DNA of 51,867 nucleotides, the filler included, from Bipalium vagum (lineage: Eukaryota): NCBI GenBank assembly GCA_037834085.1. It is 3 parts of 3 records of this genome, joined end to end, with 100 filler letters (N's around TTAATTAATTAA, not from the genome) between each part and the next. Parts side by side here need not be neighbours in the genome. Positions count along the whole stretch, not along the records: positions 35,682 to 51,867 come from JBBMKC010123335.1; 2 more parts are not named here. One strand, 5' to 3'. Of this stretch, positions 41,101 to 51,867 are shown piece by piece (the first letter of the stretch is position 1; each line of letters opens with the position of its first letter). Position numbers and translations under genes: made by a program. The notes beneath the pieces were generated by a model. That model was not told the DNA's origin and searched no databases. It saw only the letters and a program-made list of their open reading frames with translations.

Positions 41101-42290
41101 TGATAACGATTGTGTCATCAGCGGCTGCAAGTATGTTTCGGCTAGACATGCATCGATTTGCTATTTGGACAATCACTTCTCATTTGAACTGGTCAATTAT
41201 AGTCGATACGGAACAATTGTCGACGATCTGCTATATTACAACAATGTTTCTGACAAAGACAGTCATAAAGTTTCTCAGTCCAATCAGAACATCAAAGATT
41301 TGAGAAACTTTCTCGGAACCAATGATAAGTCTGCCAGACTGTCCAAGAAAGTCCCTCAAAAATCGATGAAATCCCAACGAGATGTGGTAACAAATATGAT
41401 TTTCTCTCCGTTTTATCTGTTGATCGGTACGGTTGAAAAACGTCTCTTTTCTTTCGCCGAAATTTATTAATTTTCATTTTTTTACACACCGACTTCTTCC
41501 ACATTTAATATTAATTCATTCAAAATTCCTTTTTTCTTCTCTGTCGTTCTTATTTTTAATATTACTGTCTATTGATTCTTTTCACTAAATAAAATCATTA
41601 TTATTGAAATATTATATGCTATCAATATTTTACATAAAAATTTTCCTATTTAAATTTCCCTTGTAAAACCGATTAAGGAAATTGTATTTACTTAATATTT
41701 TTTAATTGATTTTTAAATTTTAAAATCAGGACAAGAAAATTTGGAGTTGTACCTGCTCGGAATACGGTTACTCAAACACGGCCTCTAACAATTGTCAGGA
41801 AGACGGCTGGGAATTGACTGCCCCACTGAAATTTGGTTCCGTCATTCGAATTGGTTGTCAATCGTTTCTTTTCACAAATGTCAACCATTCTCTGCAGCCC
41901 GATATAACGGAATCGATCTCTTCCCAGTCGTCGAAGTCGAATTCCAGTGATTGCAATGATAACAAGGCACTAAACTCTGACACAACCCCCTCAGTTCAAA
42001 CAAGCAGCGGCAGCAGCAAATCACAGACCGAGACAGGAAAGCTGAAATCCGCGGATCAAACATCGCCACCGCCAATCACAGCCATCGTATCAATTGATGA
42101 TCCTGAGAAATCGAAAACTTCAATTGAAGTCGTTTCCACGACAACAGTAATAACAACGACAATGGCGATAACATCGTTATTGTCATCATCATCATCAACA
42201 TCACTGTCGTCGTCCTCCTCGTCATCATCTGTTCCTTTGGTTATTAAACAAGATGAACGTGAAACTGATACGAAAATATCCCACGAATAG
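38181..42290 (+). CDS. PHF12: PHD finger protein 12 (Pf1) orthologue: PHD1, PHD2 and C-terminal FHA domain; about 798 aa, 7 coding exons
   Basis: Proposed exons 38181-38934, 38984-39083, 39768-40128, 40175-40262, 40371-40613, 41097-41386, 41730-42290 (2397 nt, all GT-AG, phases consistent). Motifs match PHF12 as recalled: [130 protein letters not shown]. Confidence 0.93.
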
Positions 42291-42885
42291 GGCGGAGGTG
42301 AACACTGAATTTTTCACTCGATTTTTTGGCGAGATGGGCAGAGAAATCAAGAGCAGCTATTCTTAGAATCAAATATTCATTTTTTTCATAAATACAATAT
42401 AAAAACGTTGAAAATTCAATCGATATTTCACAAATTATCATTATCATCAATTGTTATTGAAATACTTGTAAATAGTTAATATATATTTATAGTCATCAAT
42501 AATATATATATTATTGTCATTGAATTTTATATAGGGAAATTTAAAGAAAACAAGTGTACGTTTTCTCCGAAAAACTTTTCAGAATTTCTGTTGGTTTAGT
42601 TTTTTAAAAAGTCCGCCGCTTTGCGTGACGCTCTTGGCCGCGATTAATTGGTTTTAAAATTTTTATAAAATCTTGTTAAGAAAATAGTCATTTTCTATAA
42701 TAAAATAATAATAAAATCTTTGGATTGTTGTGATAAATTTTAATGTAAAAACTTTTTGGGAAACGGTATTGATTGTAAAATGTTATAAATAATAATGATA
42801 ATAATCAAATTGTTGAAAGCTGAATGTACAAATGTAATTTTTAACCATTACGATTGATATATAAATGATTTGTCAATTACATTTA

Positions 42886-42891
42886 AATAAA
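42886..42891 (+). promoter_or_regulatory. Candidate polyadenylation signal for PHF12
   Basis: AATAAA followed about 20 nt later by a GT/T-rich tract. Other AATAAA copies occur near 42700, so the call is uncertain. Confidence 0.3.
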
Positions 42892-43509
42892 TCTCATAGC
42901 CTCAACTTTGTGGGTGTTTTTTATTATTCTTTGGTATTTAAAACAAGAAACTGTAAGAAGGCGTTCTGTATTAATTGTGAATCTCAAATAAATTAAAATT
43001 TTTTGGCATGTTAAAATAATTTGTTTTGATTAAGTCAATGCGAATAATCTTAGTTAATTCTCTAACACTTCAATTAGTTGAATAGGAATTAAATTACTTG
43101 TTCAATTGTAGTGGAATGTCCTCTAATTACGCTGAACAATAATACGGGTTAGCAAGGTATTTTATTTACACCATCTGAGCATTTCCATCAAATTAAATAT
43201 ATTTATTAAATAAAATAATTTCGAATGATATCTAATTTATAAATAATTTTATCGAAAAATTGAAGTTATTATTACTAAAGTTGGTAAAGTTAAAGAAAAA
43301 TGAGTAAAATGAAAATTAATTAATCATGTGATAAGAAGAAGTAAAAGATTGAACAAGCAAAAAAATAATTATAAATACAATAAATAAAAAGTCTTGGAAG
43401 TATATTCCAACTTATTTATCAGTATTATTATTATAATATTTATTACCTTTAATATGTAATACCGAAGTTTCAATATTTAAACTCATTCTTATTTTTTATA
43501 AAATTTTAT

Positions 43510-44528
43510 AATTTTTTAATCAGTACTCCATTATGTAAAAAAAAGACCATTGAAACAGAAGTTATACTATTGGAATTTAGCAGCAAATGTTTTTGAAGGA
43601 AGAATAAAATATAATGAAGAAAAATTATTTTGAAATTATGAAGAGACATTGGGACAAAAAGTCAAAGCATTGTTTTAATGAACTAATTCTCATTCTCATT
43701 CTAAATCTCAATCTTTTTATTTAAATAATTTTTCTGCATTCACATTACTAAAATTAAATTTACAAAACAAGGATACAGAAAATGGTTTTAGCTTTTACCT
43801 CGATTTATTAATTTTAGTAGCAATAAAAACCTTAGATCAATTGAAATGACATCCTATAAAGATTCAAAAAACTCAGAATCTTTAAAAATAAAAATTAATT
43901 TTGTTGAAAATACAAAGAAACTCAAGTTTAAAGTTTTAGATAGAGTAAGGATATTTAAATATACAAGGTTCGTTCAATAATGCCTCGGATTGAATAAGAA
44001 AAAAACATGATAAACCAATCAAGCCAATTGGCTTAAACACCTACTCGTATGTTTGTTTATATGCATAAATTAAATTATCTGATTGGCTGACGTATAATTC
44101 ATAAGCTAACTCACATTTCATTTTTTGCCAAATGAGTGAGGTGGAATGCAGAAGTGTAATAAAATTCTGTGCTTTTAAAGAAGTCGTCTGATGAAATATT
44201 TCTTGATATGGCAATTGCATATGGCAACAAATGTCCTTCTAGATTCACAATATATCGTTGGATATCATTTGTCAAGCATGGCCGTGAAAGTGTGCACTAG
44301 GATTATTCCAATGCTGGCAGACCAACTGAAATTTCCGATCAGAAAATTACTCAATGTGAGGCGATAAATGAATTTGATAAGGGTTATACAACAGAATGAG
44401 TTGAAGAGATATTTATTATTAAACAGTTCTTTATGACTACCCCAATAACTTGTGAAAAAATTGATTTAGATGTTGATAAAATTCTTGGAAAATTTTATGA
44501 GTATGAGTTACAGAAAACTCCATTTTGA
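43510..44528 (+). pseudogene. Polinton retroviral-type (rve) integrase remnant, interrupted by a mariner
   Basis: KFTKQGYRKWF*LLP..RSIEMTS..KLKFKVLDRVRIFKY | FDKGYTTE*VEEIFII..TTPIT..DL..ILGKFYEYELQK. The catalytic core appears deleted. Confidence 0.85.
43964..44372 (+). mobile_element. 5' half of a mariner (irritans-like) inserted in the Polinton integrase
   Basis: TA|CAAGGTTCGTTCAATAA terminus; MSEVECRSVIKFC..AYGNKCPSRFTIYRW..KHGRESV..AGRPT; truncated where the integrase resumes. Confidence 0.85.
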
Positions 44529-44999
44529 ATAAATTCTTAAAAATTATTTATTTGTTATACTCAGTAAAAAATAATTAAATTTAAAAATGGAGTGGTATAT
44601 ATTTTCTATTTTATATTATATTTAATAATTACTTAGATTAGAAGAATTGTATGAGGAGTTGGAGAAAATCCGTAACATGATTATAGGGAAAAAGAATTAA
44701 ATATTCAATTTGAAATGGAAGAAAATGGAATTGCAGATAAAAAATTGAACAAGAAAAAAATATAAAAGCTAAAAATAAAGGAAAAGAACAATGCAGAATT
44801 TTAAGAAAATACAGAATTTAATGATTAAACTATTTTTAATAGATTTAACTTTAGTATTAAATAAAATTGTTTAGAGTTCTCTCTTTTACTTGATAGTATA
44901 CAATCTTTTTTATTTTAATTTAAATATACTATAATAACTAGATTAGTATAGATTAGATTCTTTTAGAATTAGATTAGATTAGATTCTCATTTAAGATAA

Positions 45000-45577
45000 G
45001 GAAGTAATATTATAACTAGAATTGTTGGAATTGAAGCAGCAGCTTTAACGGGAAAAATAAAGATAACTTCAAGAGTATATGAAATTTCTTATATATCTTC
45101 ATATATTGAAAATGAATTTAAAAGTACAAAAGAATTAGACTCATCAAAATTAGAAGAGTATTATATAAAAGTTAATGATAATCCAATTTTTTCAAATAGT
45201 ATAATGAAAATATTTAAAGGTTATAATATACTTAATAACTTAATTGTTACTTTTTCAGAAAATTCAGTTGATGAAACGTTATACAGAGGGTGATTATGTA
45301 TCAAAAATGGTTAATATTTTTATGATAAATAGAATCATGATTGATTGCAATATTGTAGAAGAAGGATTTTTTAATGGTGAAAGAACGAAAAATATTATCG
45401 ATTTTCCTTCGAGCAATGTTAGAAGATAATCTTTAACCATTTAAAAACAAATCTGCCAATTTACTATCCTTTAATTACAAAAATATTAATAAAATAAAAT
45501 CTACGATATTTAATAACAAAATAACTTTTAATTTTAATGGAAAAGAACTTAATTTTAATATTCACCTCAAGAGGTAA
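45000..45577 (+). pseudogene. Polinton minor capsid (penton) protein remnant
   Basis: ITSRVYEISYISSYIE (IP.G.YEI-like), VNIFMINRIMIDCNIVEEGFFNG, PIYYPL, FNGKELNFNIHLKR*. Confidence 0.75.
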
Positions 45578-45601
45578 AGAGATTTAAAATATTTTATAAA
45601 A

Positions 45602-46325
45602 ATGGAGAACCATTTTTTTGATAGTTTAATAAAATTTAATCATTATCCTCATTTACCACAAATTTTATGAATGTTAAAAATTGGTCCTTTTGGATCAGAA
45701 AACATAAATTTATTATATTATATGCTTTTACAAGAAAACTATATAGATTTCAATAATCTTATAATTTTTTCTAAAACTGATTTTATTCAACCAGAATTTA
45801 AATGTATAAGAGATTGTATTAAATATGAATTATCTAAAGAAGTTCATAATAAATTTAAAAATAAAATAAAACAAAAATTTGAAGAAAATAAAGAATACGA
45901 TTATACAGAACGAAAAATAAAAGTAGATAGAATAATAAATTCAACCTCCAGATAAATTAGATAAGAAATTAAAACTATTAATTATTTTTGATGATAAAAT
46001 AAATGAAAAAAATCAACATATTATGGAACGTATTTTAATAGAGTAAAATGTGTTATTAATATACATATTTATTTATCTCAATCATTTTTTGAATTATAAT
46101 TAAGAAGTATAAGAAATAATACAGATCTTTCAATATAATATAAAATTTCTAAATCAAACAGAGAATATATATTCCAAAATGTTATCACATATTATTGAAA
46201 AAATTGAATTCAATTGTTTTTACGAAAAATATTTAAAAGAAAAACTATAAATATTTTTTATGAATTTAGAAGATGAAAAAATGTTCCCATCATCATTTTA
46301 TAGTGAAGAAGCCATTGAATATTAA
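45602..46325 (+). pseudogene. Polinton A32/FtsK-type genome-packaging ATPase remnant
   Basis: Decayed Walker A MLKIGPFGSENINLL, IIFSKT..QPEF, Walker B LLIIFDD, YLSQSFFEL*LRSIRNN. Confidence 0.82.
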
Positions 46326-46367
46326 CTTTCCCCAATTTTAATAAATGTTAATTTTCTATTAGAAAAA

Positions 46368-46890
46368 TGTTGAATTTAAATTTTGATAATAATTATGATC
46401 ACCAAGACTTAACAATAAAAGGAGTGATTATTTAAAAATATCTTTAACTGCTGCAGCATCAAAAAATTTAAATAAAAATGGAAATTTAACTTATTTTTAT
46501 TACAATCAGCAAATGCTATAGATTTATTATTATAGTTTTTTGAAATTGAAATTAAAGATATAAAAGCGAAAGAAAATATAACTTTACAACACAATTTCTT
46601 TTCTTATTTTTTTCTTATGTGACTTTAAAATTAGGTCCATCAGAAATAGAAAAAATTCAAAATTTAGGTCTATCAAATTCTATAACAAACTTTGCAATGA
46701 TTGATAAAAATAATGATGGAGAAATATTTTGATGGATTTCAGATAGAGAAAATGAAAATCAAACTTTAATAATCCAGATGGACTTTAATCAAAAGATAAT
46801 AAAGGATACAAAACTAGGAAAAGTTTATATTCAAAATAAATTTACAGGATAATTTTCATTAAAATTAATATTTGGATTTTTTCAATTTTA
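46368..46890 (+). pseudogene. Polinton major capsid (double jelly-roll) protein, N-terminal remnant
   Basis: DHQDL, ITLQHNFFSYFF..VTLKLGPSEIEKIQNLGLSNSI and LKLIFGFF occur in the order recalled for Polinton MCPs; truncated. Confidence 0.68.
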
Positions 46891-46959
46891 TTATTAAGTA
46901 TTATCATTTCTTTTCATATTCCTTTATAAAATATTTAACTTTAATTTCTTAAAATAAAT

Positions 46960-48810
46960 AATAGAATAGATGAAATTGTTTCAGATTAAAAAAAAATTCA
47001 AGGAGCATATAAAATTTCTTAAATATAAATTGCGAATAATCAACTTTATTACTTTTTGACACATTTCTTTGAACAAATACAGGTTTTAAAATTTTTAAAT
47101 TATAAAAAAATTTAAATTTATTTTCTAAATTAAATTTCGAAATTAGTATATGTCAGTATTTTCCAAGTCATTCCATCGTAAGATTAAAATAGAAATCAAA
47201 TAATTAGAAAACCAAAACGACATTCGAATATTTCTTTTAAATTTTTTTGATTTTGAATAATTATTTCTTTTATCTTCAGCTATACTTATTTATTTCATAA
47301 TAATAATTTGTATTTCGTTTTATATTTAAAAAATCATTATTCATTGCCTTAATAAAATCATCTAAAATGCTTTCTCCATGAAATTCAAAATATCTTTATT
47401 CATATAATTCCGGATAATTTGAATTAATATAAATTCCTGCTTCTAACGGAAGTGGTTTGATATTAATTTTGTATCATTTGGAATATTTTCATTTATATGT
47501 GTATTTTAACATTCAAAATCCCTGTATATTACAAATGGTATCTTATTTCTAAAACAATGATTTTTAAATTTACAACAATCTTCTTTTGGAAAGTTAGCTT
47601 TTACCTCTTCTTGTTCTTGAAATAATCTCATATGTTTATTAAGTATATTTTTTGGTAGGTATGAATTTCAGCAATTAAGACAAATATGATTACTATGTAA
47701 TTTAGCATTAAGAAACATATTCATATTTTTACATAATAAATAATGATGATTAGGTAATAAAAAATTACAATTCTTTTTCTTCTATAGTTGCATAAGCTAT
47801 AAAAATATTCAATATGTATTGGTTATATTATTTTATCTTCATTTGTATTTTTTTCTGATAATTCAAATATTTACACTAATGGAATTCGCGAATTACCTGA
47901 AAAATGGATAAAATGTATAGAAAATAATGGAGATTATTTCCCCGATTAATTTATATATATGTTGTATAAATATATCTGTATCTTATTAATGTTATGAGTT
48001 GTGAAAATTATTAAAATAGGCACCTTTTCTATTTGTAAACCTAATATAATTTTGATTATTAAATTTTTTAAATCTTCTATTTTCATGGGAAAATTTAATT
48101 CATTCATATATGGAGCATAACTTTTTAATATATCACTATGATCTACTGCAGGATATAGACTAGCAATAGAGAATAAACAAAACATTTAAAATCTTTATTA
48201 TTTATATTAATAATATATCGTGATGAAAAAATGGTAATTTAACATATGAAAAACTACCTAAACTTTATATTATATATATATATTTAACTAAATCTAGTCT
48301 AATTGATTTTATCTTTTGAAAATTTTTTATTTTCTTCTATATACTTAATTGATCTAAATTTGATTAAAGTGTATTTCTTATTTCTTCTTTCATCTTTATA
48401 TTTTCTGGCTTTGAGTAATATGAAGATGTTAATTCTTGTTTTTCTCCAGAAATATTTCTTTTATAATTACATTTTATTAATATCTGACATTAAAATTTAT
48501 TATTAACTTCAAAATATTTTCATTAATTCATTTTTAAAATTGTGAATATTTATGTCATTACAATTTTATGTAGTTGCTTTAGTTAATCCAATTTATAAAT
48601 TATAAATTTAAAAATAAATAAATTTATAAATTGTTTTAAATTATATTCATCATAAAGGATTTCTTTATTAAAATTAAGATCATCAGTTTTGTATTTTGAT
48701 ATTTTCCTGTATAAATATTCATTATAATGTTCTTCATTGTGTTTTAATTGTTCATTATATTTAGATTCATCCAGTTTTGGCTTGAAAATTCTTTCACATT
48801 TAAACTTCAT
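46960..48810 (-). pseudogene. Protein-primed DNA polymerase B (pPolB), N-terminal and exonuclease remnant
   Basis: SLGSFSYVKLP..IININNKDFKC, FPMKIEDL, HHYL, HICLNC, KFKNHCFRNKIPFVIYRDFEC (ExoI), and a decayed ExoII. Polymerase palm motifs are absent. Including 48300-48810 is tentative. Confidence 0.82.
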
Positions 48811-48949
48811 TTTTGGATCTCTATTTTATTGGTTATATTTTAAACATATTTTTCTGTACTTATGGATGTGGCGTACGATACGTAAGTCGTCGGCGTATAT
48901 AAAAATAGGGGTATATGAAAAACAGGATATATAAATAAACTAATCTTGT

Positions 48950-49545
48950 AGTAGTGAGAATGGCTGTTGGAAATTCTCATACAGAATATAGTTTTCATCA
49001 AAACGATTCGTTCGTATGTCTTATTAGACTTTCAATTGAGATCATAATCTTCATAGACCTCTGGTGATTTTATAAATTGTGTGGAATTCATAACCAAACT
49101 TTGTATGATATTATATTTCTCAATAAGGTGCAAATGATCAGAGGGTCTGTTCACTCTAGTGGAGATTAACACTCATTTCTGTGGCAGCATATCTGGAATT
49201 CTATTCGGCCAATTGTCGTACAGCTTCTTATTCAGAGTCAATGATCGAATAGTTTTTGAGAATTATACCATATGTCTATCACTATTTTTGAATCGATTGA
49301 ACCATACCTGCATTGGGTCTCACTTATTCATTCTTCCCATAAATTTCTTTTATCCTTAGGTGCTCACACTTATACAAAAGCTCTGGTCAAATTCATACAG
49401 TAGATAGTGTTTAATATGTATCTTATCTGCATGCATATTTTGATATTTAAAAATGTATCTAGAACGTCTCTATTTTTTGTTCTTGTCTCTCATGCTAAGC
49501 AGGGTAGTGAGAAAAATTTGTTTTTCTTTATTGAGGACCCCTGAG
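48950..49545 (-). mobile_element. Degenerate mariner, 5' portion
   Basis: ATG at 49436: MHADKIHIKHYLLYEFDQS, then WFNRFKNSD, HLHLI, IPHNL. Confidence 0.72.
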
Positions 49546-50134
49546 CTTAAGAGCTAGATTTTTCTTTTTTAAAGAGATAAAATATTCACTTGGGAAAGAA
49601 ATAATCAAGGACGATATCCGTATTTTGTAAAATTCTGTCTATAACAAAATATTCTTTATCTTAATAAATTGATTATTTTAGTCAAGTTAATTAATAATAG
49701 TAATTCGATAGCAACCTTCATCCGTTAAGACCTAATTAAATATTAAATTACTTCTCTCTTTTGAGGGTTTTAATATATTCATCGTTTTAAATGCTTTATC
49801 TAACATATTTGATATTAATATGAAAATTAAAATAATTATCAAAATTATATTATTATTAAATTAAATTATTAGTTACAAGTTATTGTGTTAAAATATTTAG
49901 AGATTCATTTCTCGTTTATTATTGGGCTTATCGCTTACTTATAATGGGACATTAAGATTGGTGGGATATACTTGAAAAAAATTTTCGTTGATTTTATTAA
50001 CACCATTTGATTTACAAGTTTATGATATTTCATGTTTATAAAAAACTCCAGGAAAATAAATAAAATCTTTAATATTTGATTTAATATATTAATAGTAATT
50101 TAATATATTATTTATTAATAATCACAATAATATA

Positions 50135-51367
50135 TTAGGGTGATTCATAAGTAATTTCGTTTATTATTTAAAATAATAAAAATAATAAAGGGAAAATAAA
50201 ATTATATTGTTTCAAAGTAAAGGCCATTTGAATCAATAGTTTTAAGCTATATATCTGGTAGTTATTGGATCCCTTGTTGATACCATTCCTTGTCCTTGAA
50301 CCTGAAAATGTCGTCTCAATCTCGTCCAAGTTATTGAATCTACATCATAAATCTAAATATGCTATTGATCGAAAAAGATGGCAATCCGATGGGCAAGATC
50401 AGTGCTGTATGCTGGATGTGGTAACAGTTCAATAAATTCATATTCTCTGATTTTTTCGATTGTTTTCTTGTCAGTGTGCAGTTTTGCAATTTCTTTCTGT
50501 AAGACCACCCGCTTTCGATTGACCAATACCGGATATTTCAACTTTAATTTTTGAAAAATTTGATCAAATTGAGCACAATATAGGCCTGCGTCTAGTGATA
50601 TACCATTTGGAATCAATTTGAAGTAGATCATGCCTTCGAAATTCCACGAAACGCATAATAATATCTTCTGTGACAATCTGTCTCTTTTTGGAATAGATTC
50701 TGGCACTTGTCCAACCACTGATTATTTTTGTGAGGATTGGTAAAATATATTCACTTTTCATCAGAAGTTACAATTTGTCTAATGAAACGATCATCCGGCA
50801 GTTTTCTACACCCTTTTATAAGTCGCTTTGCCTGATTTTTGGGCAAATCGTGAGGTACTTCACTACATCGGTTTTAACCTTATGGATTACTTTAAGCTGT
50901 CGAAAAATTGTTGCTTGATAAATACCTAGATCAGCAGACAATATTCGAGTGCTAGTTTGGTCTCAACAACATTGTGTAGCGCTTCTTGATTCACAATTAC
51001 TGGCATACCAGAACGTGGTTTATCGTATAGACCATTGTTACCCTCAATAAATTTTCTGAACCAGATTTGGCCTGTACGAATGGAGACCACATCTTCACCT
51101 TCCATTTGCATATTTGTTTGGTAGCTTTACTCGCTTTGAATTGTTGCTTCCAATAGTGTCGAACCAGAGTACGAATTTCAATTTTTTCCATTTTTATTTC
51201 AGCTAAAATAAAAAGTGGTATTACATTTATATAACATAAATTAATTAACCTATTAGTAGAAAATTTATTAGGTTTCAAATTGATATATAAATCGATATAT
51301 TCAAATTGTTTATCAACTAAAAAATTACTTTGAACTACTTAAAAAAATTACTTATGAATCATCCTAA
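50135..51367 (-). mobile_element. Full-length mariner (DD34D) element (1233 bp), disrupted transposase
   Basis: TA|TTAGGGTGATTCATAAGTAATTT ... AAATTACTTATGAATCATCCTAA|TA; MEKIEIRTLVRHYWKQ, WFRKF..RSGMP, KILLCVSWNFEG, LLPHPAYSTDLA. Confidence 0.93.
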
Positions 51368-51852
51368 TATAATATTAGGTCATTTAAAACATGCCTATTA
51401 AGGAATAAGCTTATAAAATAAAATGAACTATATAAATTGTTTATTTTAAAATAAAAGTATGAGATCAAGGTACATATTTACATTAGTCAATATATTCAAC
51501 ACATCTCCGCTACTTTTCTAATAGTTAAAGGGTTGAAACATTTATTCAATAATAATTATTTCAGTAATTTTTCATGTCAATCTTTATAAATGTAATAAAA
51601 AGATAAATTCTAAATTGCTGAAAGAAATTTATAAATAAATAAATAAAATTACTTTAAATGTATTATAATAAAATAATGATATCAATTTTGTAAGATAGCT
51701 TAATCTCAATAATATATTTAGCATTTAATCTTTTTATCCTTTAAAATATTTTAATTAATATTCAAATTTTTATTTTTTGTTAGTATTAGAAATGGTCAAA
51801 TAAAAAATACTTCTTAAACTTTATTATTTGATTAATTATGGTTATCTTTTAT

Positions 51853-51867
51853 TACTACTACTACTAC
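51853..51867. repeat. (CTA)n microsatellite at the window end
   Basis: Directly visible. Confidence 0.8.

Larger units (their letters stand above)
43500..48945. mobile_element. Polinton/Maverick (adintovirus-like) endogenous viral element, decayed and internally deleted
   Basis: Five hallmark gene remnants in a block: integrase, minor capsid, packaging ATPase, major capsid (+) and pPolB (-). TIRs and TSD not found; boundaries approximate. Confidence 0.85.

Noticed and set aside
48948-48957. AGTAGT as a Polinton terminus
   Set aside because: Wrong orientation for a right end, no matching TIR on the left side, and it abuts a mariner remnant.
1-51867. CRISPR arrays, rRNA, tRNA, prokaryotic operons or defence systems
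   Set aside because: No repeat-spacer array or structured RNA gene recognised. Spliceosomal introns and TE content indicate eukaryotic DNA.

Overview
Very AT-rich eukaryotic (animal, most likely invertebrate) genomic scaffold made of three contigs joined by two artificial 100-bp gap spacers (44N-TTAATTAATTAA-44N). Only one confident host gene is present: a 7-exon PHF12/Pf1 orthologue (PHD-PHD-FHA, about 798 aa, + strand, 38181-42290). Most of the rest is decayed DNA transposons: mariner (DD34D), Tc1 (DD34E), maT (DD37D), rosa-like and pogo/Tigger copies, several nested. There is also a full-length Chapaev3-type element with perfect CAC...GTG TIRs and a TAA target duplication. Just downstream of PHF12 lies a roughly 5.4-kb fossil of a Polinton/Maverick (adintovirus-like) endogenous dsDNA virus that the ORF track largely misses. 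It carries integrase, minor capsid, packaging ATPase and major capsid remnants on the + strand, converging on a protein-primed DNA polymerase B remnant on the - strand. No rRNA, tRNA or CRISPR array was recognised. All family assignments come from motif recognition by eye and from memory; no database search was run.
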